A stretch of DNA of 64,000 bases from Hormiphora californensis (lineage: Eukaryota > Animalia > Ctenophora), in contig CM035352.1 of assembly GCA_020137815.1 (NCBI GenBank), positions 4,464,001 to 4,528,000 on the forward strand, read 5' to 3'. Shown here piece by piece: positions 21,167-35,640 of the stretch (position 1 is its first letter; each line of letters begins with the position of its first letter). Below the pieces are notes generated by a model, which searched no databases, was not told the origin of the DNA, and was given only the letters and a program-made list of their open reading frames with translations. The position numbers and the translations under genes were made by a program.

Positions 21167-24100
21167 ATGCAAGACGGCGAGGTTTGGGCACCAGATGCCA
21201 AGCATGGTTTCAGTAGGGGACAGGTGATAGAGATCGGCTCTGATTCTCTGACCATCGAAACAGCGGATAAAGATGTGAGTCTTGATAAACCACAATATTA
21301 ATCATAGATTCATTTAAGGTCCCATAAATCATTATCCTAATTTTTCCCAGATTAATGCTAATTTTTCACATATCACAATTTTATCAGGTGATCTTGGCAC
21401 CGTATAGCAAGGTGTTCCCAATATCTGAGGAGGTCCAGGTTAATGATAACTGCAGTTTGATGCAACTGAACGAGGCCAGCCTTCTCAACAACATCAAGGA
21501 GCGGTATCTTGCCGGGAAAATTTACGTAGGTTCATCCGAGGACTGAGGAGGGAAACCCTAAAATGAACCCCCCCCCATGAGCGATAAAGAATTAATGTTA
21601 ATAATTGAAAAAAACCTATCATATCTCCTAAAATGCATCCTTCATTTATACCTTTTCAGACCTACACGGCGAACATTCTGACAGTAGTAAACCCGTATAA
21701 GAGCCTCAATGAATTGTACAGTGATAGCGAGATGAAGAAATATAAAGGAATGTCTCTGGGGAAACTGGATCCACACACTTTTGCTATAGGTATAACTTCA
21801 AAGAAATCGCGGTGAAATGAACAGGATTGTTGTGTACATTCCTTGCAAGGGGAGACGCTGATACTGGGATGATGAGTAGCAGCGTCTCCCATTGCAGGGA
21901 ACCAATATGCCATTTTTATAGGTACAACTTACTCACATACGCTCAAAAACTGTATTAAGCTACGCCCCTTATATGGTGAATGGTCATGTCCTATTGTCCT
22001 AATCACGATGACTTTAACACACGTTGTTACAGCGGAGAAGGCGTACAGTGATATGCGGTATAGAAATGTGAGTCAGAGTGTTATTGTTAGTGGTGAAAGT
22101 GGAGCTGGAAAGACCGAAACAACAAAACACGTTCTCAAGTAAATCACCGCTAATTTTCATACAAATGTGACAATATACCCAGGCCCTGTATTATTTCAAT
22201 TGTTTTTCTAACCAATAACCACATTGATCATCTGCAGGTATTTAGCATCTGTGTATGGCAAGGCCTCTGTAAATGGGATTGAAGAAAAGCTTCTCCAGGC
22301 AAATCCTCTGTTGGAAGCATTTGGTAACGCTCAAACAGTTCGGAATAATAACAGCAGTCGATTTGGGAAGTTTATTGAAGTTAACTTCAACAAGAAAGTA
22401 AGTTAGGGGAGGGTTTAATTATTTGACGGATCACTATTAAATTTATGCATCAATGATAGTGAAAATTACCACCGGTTTTTGATACCCCCATCAACCAAAG
22501 CCCTATTTTCACACAGGGAGAGATAGTTGGTGGACACATCAGTACCTATCTACTGGAGAAGTCCAGGATAACCCACCAAGCGGAGACTGAACGGAGCTAC
22601 CACATTTTCTACCGCCTCCTGTCTGGTGCACCTGACTCCCTGAAGGCCAAAGCAAAACTGAAAAAAGCGACCGACTACCAGGTTTGCTGTTTAATTTTCT
22701 GACCTTTGGTTCCCATAGAATAAAGATTCGCTTTGGTTTCCATTAAATTCCATACCAACTTTAGATTAAATTAGAAGGAGCTGAACCTTGATTTCCTGAC
22801 AGAGTTTGTCCATTGGAAAGAGCAGTGAGATGGGTGATGGGGAACAGTACGGATCCCTGGTACAACGTATGAAGTGTATTGGGTTCACGGATGGAGATAT
22901 TGAGGAGGTTTTACTGGTGGTAGGGGGTGTCCTCGCATTTAGCAACGTTCAGTTCGTGGACAGTGGTGATAGCAAAGGTAGCTGATCTCTCTCCCTAGTT
23001 AAAGTAACAATCTCTCTTCCTTGATCTCTCTCCCTAGTTAATGTAACAATCTCTCTTCCTCTCTTGCTAGTTAAAGTACCAATCTCTCCCTCTCTACTTA
23101 GTTAGAGTACCAATCTCTCTAATAAGGGGATTTTAGTAAAAAAAGGGCCAAGTTTTCAGCAAAATTTTTAACAAGCTAATTTCTTCACCAATAGGTCCGG
23201 ATAGATGTCTAGTATCACCAAAAAAAAGTACACGATAATCGGAAGTGCGCACACGCGCTGAGCACGCAAGAAGTAAACACATGTAAATACATGTATTTCT
23301 AGCCTGGCACGAAAACCCAAAAACCATCTTAGGAGACGAGTAGAGAAAAAATCAAGGACACTAGATTGTGTAGCGTCCTCGCATTAGTGGGGGTAGGTGC
23401 TGGAATTAAGTCTCTATCTCATCTGGTTAATTAGATAATTGGATAATTAGATATGCGCATAACCGTATTTTGGCTATATGGCTATAGCCACTTAGGAATG
23501 GTTTAGAGACTTTTCATTGGTGCCATTTTGTTCAGAAAAAAATTTCAATCTAAGAGTTGTGGAAAAATTTAGAGCCTATCTCTTACCGTTTTGGCGTTAT
23601 TTGCGGTCAAAGTATGCCAAATCAGCCGAAAATGCCAAAAAATTAGTTAATTGGCCTTCTTTGACTGCAAATTACGCCAAAACGGTAAGAGATAGGCTCT
23701 AAATTTTTCCACAACTCTTAGATTGAAATTTTTTTCTGAACAAAATGGCACCAACGAAAAGTCTCTAAACCATTCCTAAGTGGCTATAGCCATATAGCCA
23801 AAATACGGTTATGCGCATATCTAATTATCCAATTATCTAATTAACCAGATGAGATAGACACTTAATTCCAGCACCTACCCCCACTAATGCGAGGACGCTA
23901 CACAATCTAGTGCCCTTGATTTTTTCTCTACTCGTCTCCTAAGATGGTTTTTGGGTTTTTGTGCCAGGCTAGAAATACATGTATTTACATGTGTTTACTT
24001 CTTGTGCGCTCAGCGCGTGTGCGCACTTCCGATTATCGTGTACTTTTTTTTGGTGATACTAGACACCTATCCGGACCTATTGGTGAAGAAATTAGCTTGT

Positions 24101-27100
24101 TAAAAATTTTGCTGAAAAAATATACTAAAATTCCCTAACTACTCCCTGCAGGTGGTTGCAAGGTTTCACCCGAATCGATGGAGTGGCTGGAAGCGGCCGC
24201 CTCGTGCCTCTCTCTTGATGCTGATGACCTGCATCACTCCCTTACATCCCGACTAATGCAGACAAAGAATCTTAAAAAAGGGACCACATACATGTTCGTG
24301 TACAATAACTTGTCATGATGGGTCATTTCGTATTTAATTCAAATGCCTTGTCGGGCGATCATGAATTGTTGTATTAAGCGACTCTCTTTTAAGTTGCGTC
24401 CCTGCAGTCAGAACAACGAAAATACATTCTAAATATTTAATATAGCAATGTGCAATCAATGTATCTATGTGCTACCAATGTTCATATTTAATATGAATGA
24501 TAATGCTAACCCAATGCTAACATCTCTCTACAACTGCAGGGTACCCCTAAAGAAGCGTGAAGCGCTTTACAACCGAGACGGGTTGTGCAAATCACTCTAC
24601 ACACGGCTGTTCCGTCACCTGGTCTCTAAAATCAATGCCTCTCTCCCTGTTACTGAACCCTCTACCAACTACATCGGTGTTCTCGATATTGCAGGGTTTG
24701 GTACGTTGTTACTTTAATCAGATAAATCATACATCTTGATACATATTCATTGATATTGATACAGCTATTAATAACATTTTGTAGAATAGCTGATACAGCT
24801 ATTAATAACATTTTGTAGAGTATTATGTACTACAAAGAGAGAGAGCAGGGTTTCAGAAAACTTACTCTATCTCTTTGCCCCCCCCCCTCTTTGTAACAAG
24901 CTCTCCAACTGGATAGAGCACTCTCGCAAGATCATTTTTCTAGAATATCACTAACAAGGTTATGGACCCAACTTTTATCAAAACTCGTTTTCAGAATATT
25001 TCGAGAAGAACTCTTTCGAGCAGTTTAGTATAAACTACTGCAACGAGAAACTGCAGCAGTTCTTCAACAGTCGAGTCATCAGAGAGGAACAGGAGCTCTA
25101 CAAAGCGGAGAACCTGGGTGTCAACGAGATCACTTACTCAGATAACCAGGATTGTATAGGTAATTGAAACTTATTGAAACTTTCATCAGTTAATAACAAT
25201 AATAGATATAATGATTTCATTTGAACACCCATATATCTGACTGTAGACCACTATCTCAGCGATGAATGGGTCTACTACTTTCAACAATCTTGTCCAAATC
25301 TGTGTCTGTCCACTCTCACTTTCATCAAGTGTGATTAATGTTAGTTATAAGAAAGGATGCAGCATAGAAACCGAGTCCAAATTTTTAAACCAACAACATA
25401 TTTTCCAATGTACTTTTCCAACTCATTATCAAATGAGATTAATGCCTTTTCTTTTAAGCAGGTGGATGTTTTTAGACCTTTTAGAAAAGTCTCCAAACTT
25501 GAATTTCATGCCTCTGGGTAGCGCCATCACACATCAGTTTGTTTGACCAAACCTTGAAAGCATTGAAAAGGCAACTCCTTGTCGCAGCTTTGACACCCCC
25601 AAGTTTTTGACGCATTTCATCGATAATTTCCAGTGCTTCATCTCTTCTCAAATTTCTCTTTTCGCAGAGCACTATTCCCAGCATTTTCATGATTGGTCTA
25701 TATAAGGCCAACTTTCCGTCCGTGTCCACATCCTGTACCCATTGCGGATTACCCGTACAAATGTAAGCCTTCATAAAGCCTATGTAGAACGATCCTTTAG
25801 CTCCCACAGACCACACTGGAGACGCCAGCAATAACCTGAATCAAAAGGAAACATAGTTTCAGTTTTGATAACAAAATATTTCCAAAAGTTAGGTAACTTA
25901 GTTTACTTACAGAGAAAAAGCAAATATCGCCGGTGAGTTCATTTTCAAGGTATAGTTATCCAACTGCAGGTATTTTAAATACTAAATACCTTTTAACCGT
26001 TTAATTTTATGGATCTCACGCGACGACCGGGCGACGTTGTTCCACCTGTTGTCGAAACAGATCGTTAGTTAAAAACAGTTATGTTACTAAGGCAAAAGTG
26101 GTCACGTGATATGATAATCGGTGGATGGCGGGTTTTATTTAGTAGGAGGTGCACCTTATGGTCATGATAATTATTGTTATGTTCTAACCCTCCTCGCGAA
26201 AAGGGGTCTAACTAGGCAAGATAATTTCAACTAGAACAAAAAATAGAATGCCAGCCAACCAGCTAAAAAAATTCAAAAAAATTTATCGACACATCATTCG
26301 CATTTTCGATTTTCGATAATCTTTGTCAATTGTCAAACTTAATTCCAGACGAACCCCAAGAGACACTAACTCTGAGTCAAAACGTTACCTCGATCTAAAA
26401 TAATCACTCAATCCGGCTGGAATGGGTCACTAACCACATGGCTAACCACATAGTTAACCACATGTAATCCTATACTTGATTGAGAGGTGCCTGTTTGGTA
26501 AGGGTTACTAACCACATGTCCCATACTAGATCTGATTGAGAGGTGCCTGGTTGGTAAGGGTTACTAACCACATGTCCCATCCTAGATCTGATTGAGAGAT
26601 GCCTGGTTGTCCTGGACGAGGAAGCTAAACTACCCCAGAGTTGTGAGAAACACTTTACCACGCTGGTCCACGAGCAGAATCGCCTTCATTTCCGATTACA
26701 GGTAACACGGCACGTAGAGCAGTTTTAGTATTTGCTTTTAATCAAATCACTGGTAATGACTTGTTATGTTCTAACCCTCCTTTACGTGGGCGCACAAAAC
26801 ACAGTCTTGCTAGGCAAGTAATGACATGGTGAAATATTCGGTCTCTGAATCTCATGTGACAGGGATTCATTCACCTTCAAGATTTATCCACCTCTACTCT
26901 TCTGCGGTCTGCCTAGAATGTTTAGTGTTTACCCACCTTCACTCTTCCACCCAGAAATATTTATCCAACTCCACTTTCTCAACTAGGTGCCCAGAAAGAG
27001 CAAGCTTTCAAGCTACAAAGCCATGAGAGACGATGAGGGATTCATTGTACGACATTACGCCGGGGCAGTCTGTTACAGCACGGTAAGATCGTTACTTTAA

Positions 27101-27781
27101 CTAGGAGAGAGAGGGCAGGGGTTTTAAAAAAAAACGATAAGATCGTTACTTTAACTAGGCGAAAGCGAGGATAGGGTACACTGTTACAGTACGATTCAAT
27201 TCGTGTTTCAATTTACTCGTCAAGTAGACGGGCTGCATAAGAGTACAATATTTTACAGCTATCATACGTATACAGTTGACCATTGACCGCTGTGGCGCTG
27301 CAGCTTGTCTTGAAAATTCGATCATAGCGTTGAAGTGGATATATCTTTCGTTGAAGCAGGGGTCCATGTGTTCACCAATCTGTCCTTGTATGGTGATTCG
27401 ACCTTGAAAAAGTTCTCACTCTCTTCTTCTTTGTGCGGTTCAATATATTCCATTTGTGTCTGTGCGTCGGTGTGTCTGTATGTTTGTGTGTGTTTCGGAG
27501 AGAGACGTATTTGACAATAGAACCCTCGGCCATCCCCATTGATATTGTTTGAGGAAAAATAGGTTGATCTTTGATGGCCCCATCATTGATTCCCGTTAAC
27601 GCACCTCACCCCCATACCACCTAATCATTGTTATGCCATTTTGAGTAATGCTTACTACTCCAAAATAGATACTTGAAGCGCCAACTTGCCTACCAAGAAC
27701 TGGATGAGCTTCCAGCGCCTGGCTCGCGAGGTCATTACCATGTATACACACATACCGCCTAGCTCTCTCTCTATCTCTCTC

Positions 27782-27873
<92 letters not shown>

Positions 27874-30800
27874 TATCTCTCTCCTTCTTTCTCTCTCGTA
27901 CTCTACCTTTCCCATCTTGCCCATGATACACGCTCTCGGTCGGGGTGCATACACCATTAGCTCTCTCTTTCACACATTCTCTGTAGAGATCTTGAGAGAC
28001 ACAGAGAGACACGCGGAGAGAGAGTGGAAAAATGATAAATAGATGTAGAGAGCGAGAAATAGAGAGAGAGGGAGAGTGAGAGAAGGTAGAGGTATGGAGA
28101 GGTATGGAGAGTCGCTTAGTCCAATGGATGCCTGGAAAAAAAAGTTACGTAAAGTTACTTAGCACTAGAGTGTAAATTTTTAACTAAGGCATTCCAGAAA
28201 TGTTCTTGTCTTTCGTAGGTTTAGCTACAGTTTAAGTGGTTAGTCCAAATTACTAAGTCACTCTCATTTATCACTAAGCAACCATTACCCAGAAATGATG
28301 TCCTATATCCATCCCCTTCCCCACCGCATCACTAAAACATTTAACCACATAACACCCTCCATTCCGCATCCCCTCCCCTCCCTAACCCACACCACTGTCC
28401 ACTAACCCCCATTTCTTGCCTCTCAACAGGAGGGATGGCTGGACAGGAACAGTGATGTCCTACATAGCTCCCCCACCCCTCCCTAACACACTACCACATC
28501 ATCCATCCCCTCCCCTCCCTAACCCCCATTCCCCACATCAGGAGGGATGGTTGGACAGGAACAGTGATGTCCTACACAGCTCCCCCTCCCCTCCCTAACA
28601 CACTACCACATCATCCATCCCCTCCCCTCCCTAACCCCCATTCCCCACATCAGGAGGGATGGTTGGACAGGAACAGTGATGTCCTACACAGCTCCCCCTC
28701 CCCTCCCTAACACACTACCACATCATCCATCCCCTCCCCTCCCTAACCCCCATTCCCCACATCAGGAGGGATGGTTGGACAGGAACAGTGATGTCCTACA
28801 CAGCTCCCCCTCCCCTCCCTAACACACTACCACATCATCCATCCCCTCCCCTCCCTAACCCCCATTTCCCCGCATCAGGAGGGATGGTTGGACAGGAACA
28901 GTGATGTCCTACACAGCTCCCTGGAACAACTCATGTTAACCTCCTCCAGTGGCCTCGTTACCACCATGTACGCTGATGTAGAGGCCCAGCAGTGCAGCAA
29001 GAAGATGGTTCATGATAGTGTGGGAGGGAAATTTAAGGTGAGCTGGCTGTCAGGCTAATGAGCTCTGACCACTGTTCTTGTGCGGTCAGAAAGATGAGAA
29101 TTGGGTCAGGCCAATTACAGTCGGACCCCAATTTAGTGGCATCCTCGGGGGGAAAAAATTCTGCCACTAAATCGGGGTGCCACTAAATCGGGGTCAAATA
29201 ATATTAATTTCCTACATCGGGGGAAAAAATCCTGCCACTAAATCGGGGTGCCACTAAATCGGGAGCCACTAAATAGGGGTCCAACTGTATACTCATTACT
29301 CAGACAGGGGTCAGGGTAATTTCTGGGCAGAATTCAGAATTCTAATCCGATATCGGTTTTATATGGAGGCGATATAACTCGAAGAAGTTATCATGAGTTG
29401 ACTACTGCAATGACTCTCCTATCTCACATTGATATCTCTCTCTCCCAGAAACAACTATCACAACTGCTTGAGAAACTACACGGTACCTCGACCAACTTCA
29501 TACGGTGCATCAAACCTAACCAGCACATGGCACCCTCCGATTTTGAAGGTATTGTTCTAGATCTGTTCTAGATCTGTTCTAGATCTGTTCTAGATCTGTT
29601 CTAGATCTGTTCTAGATCTGTTCTAGAACTGTTCTAGATCTGTTCTAGTTCTGTTCTAGAACTGTTCTAGATCTGTTATAGATCTGTTCTAGATCTGTTC
29701 TAGATATGTTCTAGATCTGTTCTAGATCTGTTATAGATCTGTTCTAGATCTGTTCTAGATATGTTCTAGATCTGTTCTAGAACTGTTCTAGATCTGTTCT
29801 AGATCTGTTCTAGATCTGTTCTAGATCTGTTCTAGATATGTTCTAGAACTGTTCTAGAACTGTTCTAGATCTGTTCTAGATCTGTTCTAGATCTGTTCTA
29901 GATCTGTTCTAGATCTGTTCTAGAACTGTTCTAGATCTGTTCTAGTTCTGTTCTAGATCTGTTCTAGATCTGTTCTAGATCTGTTCTAGATCTGTTCTAG
30001 ATCTGTTCTAGATCTGTTCTAGATCTGTTCTAGATCTGTTCTAGATCTGTTCTAGATCTGTTCTATATCTGTTCTAGATCTGTTCTAGATCTGTTCTAGA
30101 TCTGTTCTAGATCTGTTCTAGATCTGTTCTAGATCTGTTCTAGATCTGTTCTAGATCTGTTCTAGATCTGTTCTAGATCTGTTCTAGATCTGTTCTAGAT
30201 CTGTTCTAGATCTGTTCTAGATCTGTTCTAGATCTGTTCTAGATCTGTTCTAGATCTGTTCTAGATCTGTTCTAGATCTGTTCTAGATCTGTTCTAGATC
30301 TGTTACCAAAGAAGATTTCGTACCCCATCAGGTGGAAAGGTTCTGAACCAGCTGACGAGTCTGGGGATGGTGACAGCATTGGAGCTAATGCAGGCAGGGT
30401 ATCCCTCCCGGGTTGCATTCCAGGACCTCTACGATATGTGAGTGTTATTATTTAACACAGCTCTCTTAGTCTAAGACAACCTCTAATACACCTCTCTCTC
30501 CCTGTTATAGGTACGCGGCGAAGTTGCCCAACCAACTCAAGTCACTTCACCCCAGAGTCTTTTGCTCGGTACGTCCCGCGCAGAGGGAGACATAAGTTTA
30601 AAGTTCGTGCGCGCACGTTGTCAGCACTCACAAGGATATCTTTCCTGCCCGTAAATTGTCCATTTATTTTAATTTTGTCGGTTTTTGGTTTTATTTATTT
30701 ACATTTCAGGCTCTCTTTCGGGCTATTGGGATGAGTCCTAATGACTATCGATTCGGGGTAACCAAGATATTCTTCCGTCCAGGAAAGGTAGGTCAAACCT

Positions 30801-33800
30801 TGACATTTCGGCTCTCACTTGTTGAGTAAGGGGTCAACTCAACAAGCTCTCACAGTCTCGTTGTGAGCACTGAGCTTACGCGAGCCCAAACGGAAGACTG
30901 CGTAGCAAGTCAAGCTGTTCACTTTCAGTGAACCGGTACAATTTATAATTCTAGATACCAGGGTATAGGTACCTACTCTTCTTCAATCTTCAGTAATCTC
31001 CCATTGTAATCCTTCGAACTCGAAGGGAGATCTCCCACCCAATACCATGACATTGACAGCCAACCTTGCCTTAGCTTGACCCTCTTTTCGCGAGCTCCGC
31101 AAATGGGTTCGAACAAAAAGCCCACCCCGACCCCTCGCCCCGCCCTGACATACAGTTTGCTGGTATCAATTCCCACTTATAGTTTGCAGAGGTAGACATG
31201 TTGATGCAGAGTGGCACAGAACACTTGTCTGACATGATCCAGAAAACTGAACAATGGGTTAGGAAACAGAGATGGAGAAGACTTCAATATGCTATCCTGG
31301 CTTACAACAAATGTAAGTCACTAGTTTATATCGCTCATATACTGCATGCAGGTCTCTGTCCTAACTGCCAGATTGCCTGTTATTTTAATTACTTCTCCGT
31401 GCTTGCCTGGTCAATCCCGAACCTATTTGTGACTCTACCTTCTGACAGGGAACAAGATTGCCTTGTGGAGAATGAGAAGCATTATAACAATCCAGAAAAA
31501 TGCAAGAATGTACAACACACGAAACCTCTACAAACCACGGTCAGTTTCAATCTACTGGGCAATTTACACATTTCCCAACAATTCCTAGTCACCCCTTACC
31601 CAACAACACTACTGGGCAATTGGTGATCAACCTAGACCCCGCAAGACCCATGATTTCGAGATCTCATACACCCAATCATGAATTAGAATGACAAATTATA
31701 GGATCCCGAAAGTATGTGATTTTATCAATTGTCCCAGATCTTGCCTAGTTAGACTGTGTTGTAATGTTGTGCCCCTCTCAACCCAATAACACTCTCGTCA
31801 CCAGGATTGAGGGTATTCGAGCAATTAAAGCGAGCATGGCCAATATAGCCATTATGATTGAAATAGGTAGAGATCTGCTGCAATTATGCTGATGCAGCTT
31901 AATTCGTACAATCCGTTGCTGTACCATTTTGTCCTCAATTGTCGGACAAGTCGCTTGTTAAGTATCTACCTGTGGTCCTGCAACATTGCTGCTGGTTTAA
32001 CTAATCGGAATTTTTGTCAAGACAATATCTCCGGTACTAAATATGTGTATATCTTGCTCTACCAAACATGTACCAGTTATCATATCTGACAATTCAACAC
32101 CATCACCCATGCAGCGAGCAATATCAAGTACGACAAGAGCGCTGTCATGGCAGAGGTTGAGGCGCTCCGGACATTCCTGCATACTGAGATGGAGCAGCTG
32201 AAAGCAGGCCAGGTCCATACTGCCCTCATTGAGGAGAAACTCGTGGAAATAAAGAACCAGGTATGGAATGAGGCTGTCAGAGCAATCGTCTGACAGGTAG
32301 GGGATGAGGCCAAGGGTAGGGGATGAGGCCAAGGGTGATATATTACTATGTCGGAATTGAAGCCGATAGTCCGAGAGTTCTTCGACCCGTTAGTTATTTA
32401 CATTCGACTGTCTAGGGCCGTTATTGTTAAATCCCCCCTCTTGTTGACTCAACAATCTCCCCCAGGTATCGAGTCTTCTGGACCGAGTTAAGGAAACTCA
32501 GGACGCGGATAAACTCCGACAGATTCAGGAGGAAATGGAAGCAGAGAGGAAGAGAAAAGAGGAGGAGGAACGGCTGAGGAAGCTGGAGGAGGAACGGATC
32601 GCAGAGGAACGCAGGATGTAAGTATATTATACTAACATAAGTAGGTAGTATGTACTATATGTTATGCAATACTTAATTCCTAGATACTTACTATGTTACT
32701 TACTATGTTACTTACTATGTTACTTACTATGTTACTTACTATGTAAGTATAACTATACTAGCATACTTTGTTTGGCAAATATATTGCCGTTGCTGTCTCA
32801 GTATTACCCGTCCCCCTAGAAAGGAGGGTGGATTGTTTCCTAAATAGGACCCCCTCCTAATTACTAATTAAATCCAGCACGATTCCCCTTGTCACCTTTT
32901 CAGTCCTCTTCCCTAATTACGCGTCCAAGCAGCCGTGAAATAAACTGGAAGTAGCAATGCTAGTATTTTCTAGTTTAAGTACCTCAAAATATCCAATCAC
33001 TTAGTGTTTCAATCTCTCTGTTCTCTCCGTGTGATTATCTCGCCCTGCAATTAGCACCCCCCTTAATCGATTCCCTCGTTCCTATCCCCCTCCCTGTAAT
33101 GAGCTAGGTACTACTAACTGGCCGATTTCAGCAAACGAGAGTTGGAGGAAAAAAGACAGCGTGAACTGGAGGAGGCCCGAAAAAGGGAGGAGGAAGAGAA
33201 GAAGCGGTTGGAGGAGGAGCGAGAGAAGATAGAGAAGGAACGAAAGGAGAGGGAGGAGAGAGAGAAAGAGGAAGCACAGAAGAGGGAACAGGAAGAGAGG
33301 GATAGAATGATAGCACTAAGTATTAGTGAGGATAATAAGGCTGCCATGGTGAAGGATGAAGATCAAAACAAGTAAGTGTCAGTTGACAAAAATGTTTTAC
33401 TTACAACCAGTTATCCGAGTTAACATCTTTGTATTGCCGAGTCAATATATAGCATTTACCCTGACCTTCTATGATGTGTCCTATTATGTGTCAGGAAGGA
33501 AACGAAGACGACATTAGATCAAAACAATATCCGGGATTGGAAGTTTTCTGAACTCCGAGATTGCATCAATACTTCCTGTGGTAAGTTACCCTCTCTCTCC
33601 TTTCTACACTAACAAAAGAGACACCCTACCTAGGTCGTGTAGCAGGATCAGTGGCCCGACGAAGATGAACTTTATAATTGTGATCTTATTATTATTAGGG
33701 TGTCCCTCATCCCAATTGAGACATAGTGAGATGAATATAGAGGATTGAAATGAGGTTCCATTCTTCTATAAATCGTATTTCCAACCCTTTCTAGATATGG

Positions 33801-35578
33801 AGCTTCTGGAAGTAGCCCGGGAAGAATTCCACAGACGACTAAAAGCTTATCATGGGTGGAAACAGAAGAACCAGGAGCGTCGAACTAAGAAACCCCAGAA
33901 AGCAAAACCTGATCTCCCACAGCAGAGTGGTGACAGTCCTGCTCCTCCTGCGGGTAGGCACCATTAACTAATTAACCATTAATTAATTAACGTATTAACG
34001 TAGCAATAGCAGCTGGTCCAGGACCTAAATTATCTAATGTAATCCGTCGTTATAATGATATTAATTATTGGACCTAATTAGTACACAGGTACACTATTAC
34101 CTTCCTCTCCACATGTTCCTGTCTCTATAAACCAGGAACCGACCAAAACAAGTAAACAACCAATCATAACTCGTTATTTAGGTCACGTGATTGGTTATCA
34201 GCCAATCAGGGACCAGTATTTCCTGATTCGGTCGATTCCTGCTATAAACCTATAATCATAGCACTGGCAAGTGCCCCGGGCCCAAAAGGGGGGTGTGGGG
34301 GCAGAGCCCCCACCTTAGAAATACCCTCTAACTCAAAAAACAAAAGAGAGAGCACACGCAACACTTCTACACACAAGCGCGTGAAAACCTGCCAGTGCTA
34401 CTATATACCATTGCAGATTTCGAGGTTTTTGATGCTTTAAAAAAGCATGTTCCAGATGAAGTAGAGAGCTGAAATTTTGTACTCTAAGGGCCCTCATATA
34501 GGAGAAGAGGCATGCAAATTTTCAGAACGATAGGATGTAAGGTAAAAATTTGCCAGAGGGGTCCCAAAATGCAAAAATGTAAGGAGGGGGAGGGGAGGGG
34601 GAGGGGGAGGGGGAAGAGGACGCTTTTTTATCTTTGAGTGTTCTCCTAAACCACAAATAGTAGAGACTTGCCGTTTGGAACAGTGGTTCCTTACATCATT
34701 GCGCTCGGTAATAGCTGTGTGAGAACTTCGAAATCGCCATAGTTCATTAATTATTCATTAATTAGTCATTAAATATTCATTTTAACCATGGTTGCGATAT
34801 GACACGACTGGAAGGTCATAAAGACTTGAAACCGGTCTTATTCGACGCGGAATGGTCGGTTTATGGGGGGTCTTACTCGGGACAAAAATCTCTATCTCGC
34901 ACCGTTAAGCCGTCATTTGCATATTTATGCACCTATTCACGATTTTATGCATATTTTCAATATTTTCACTTCGGCTGGTTCTAGAACGTTTTCATGGACA
35001 TATTTCGACGCAAAATAGTCGATTTATGGGGGGTCGTCCCCCAGACAAAAAGTCGTATCTCGCACCGTTTAGCCGTTATTCGCATATTTATGCACCGATT
35101 CATGATTTAATGCATATTCTTAATATTTCCACTTCGGATGGTCCTAAAACGTTTTCATGGACATATTCCGGCGCAGAATAGTCGATTTATAGGGGGTCGT
35201 CCCCCTGAAAAAAGTCGTATCTCTCACCGTTTAGTCGTTATTCGCATATTTATGAATTATTCAAATTCGAAAATATGCAGAAATCAGAAAAATTCCTAAA
35301 AAATAGCTTTTTCTATTTTACACCAAAAAGAACAGAAATTTAGTCCAAAAACCAATTAAATAAATTAGTTTGGATGCCCGGGCCCATGTGGTGTCACGGG
35401 GGTAACACCTTTAGGCTACTGTCATAAATTATGGATATCGAGAGAAATAAAGGCAAAAGAAATTAGGATAGAGAGAGTGAGATATAATCAAGAAAGACGG
35501 AGAGAGAAATAGAGGAGAGAAAAAAGAGAGATTATATAGTGAAAGAAACAGTGAGCGAGAGAGAGAGAGAGAGAGAAG

Positions 35579-35640
<62 letters not shown>

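Noticed and set aside
23133-24138. Duplicated 64-aa ORFs on opposite strands (and 84/61-aa pairs at 34799-35181 and 38347-38729)
   Set aside because: By-products of inverted repeats in non-autonomous elements; no transposase motifs.
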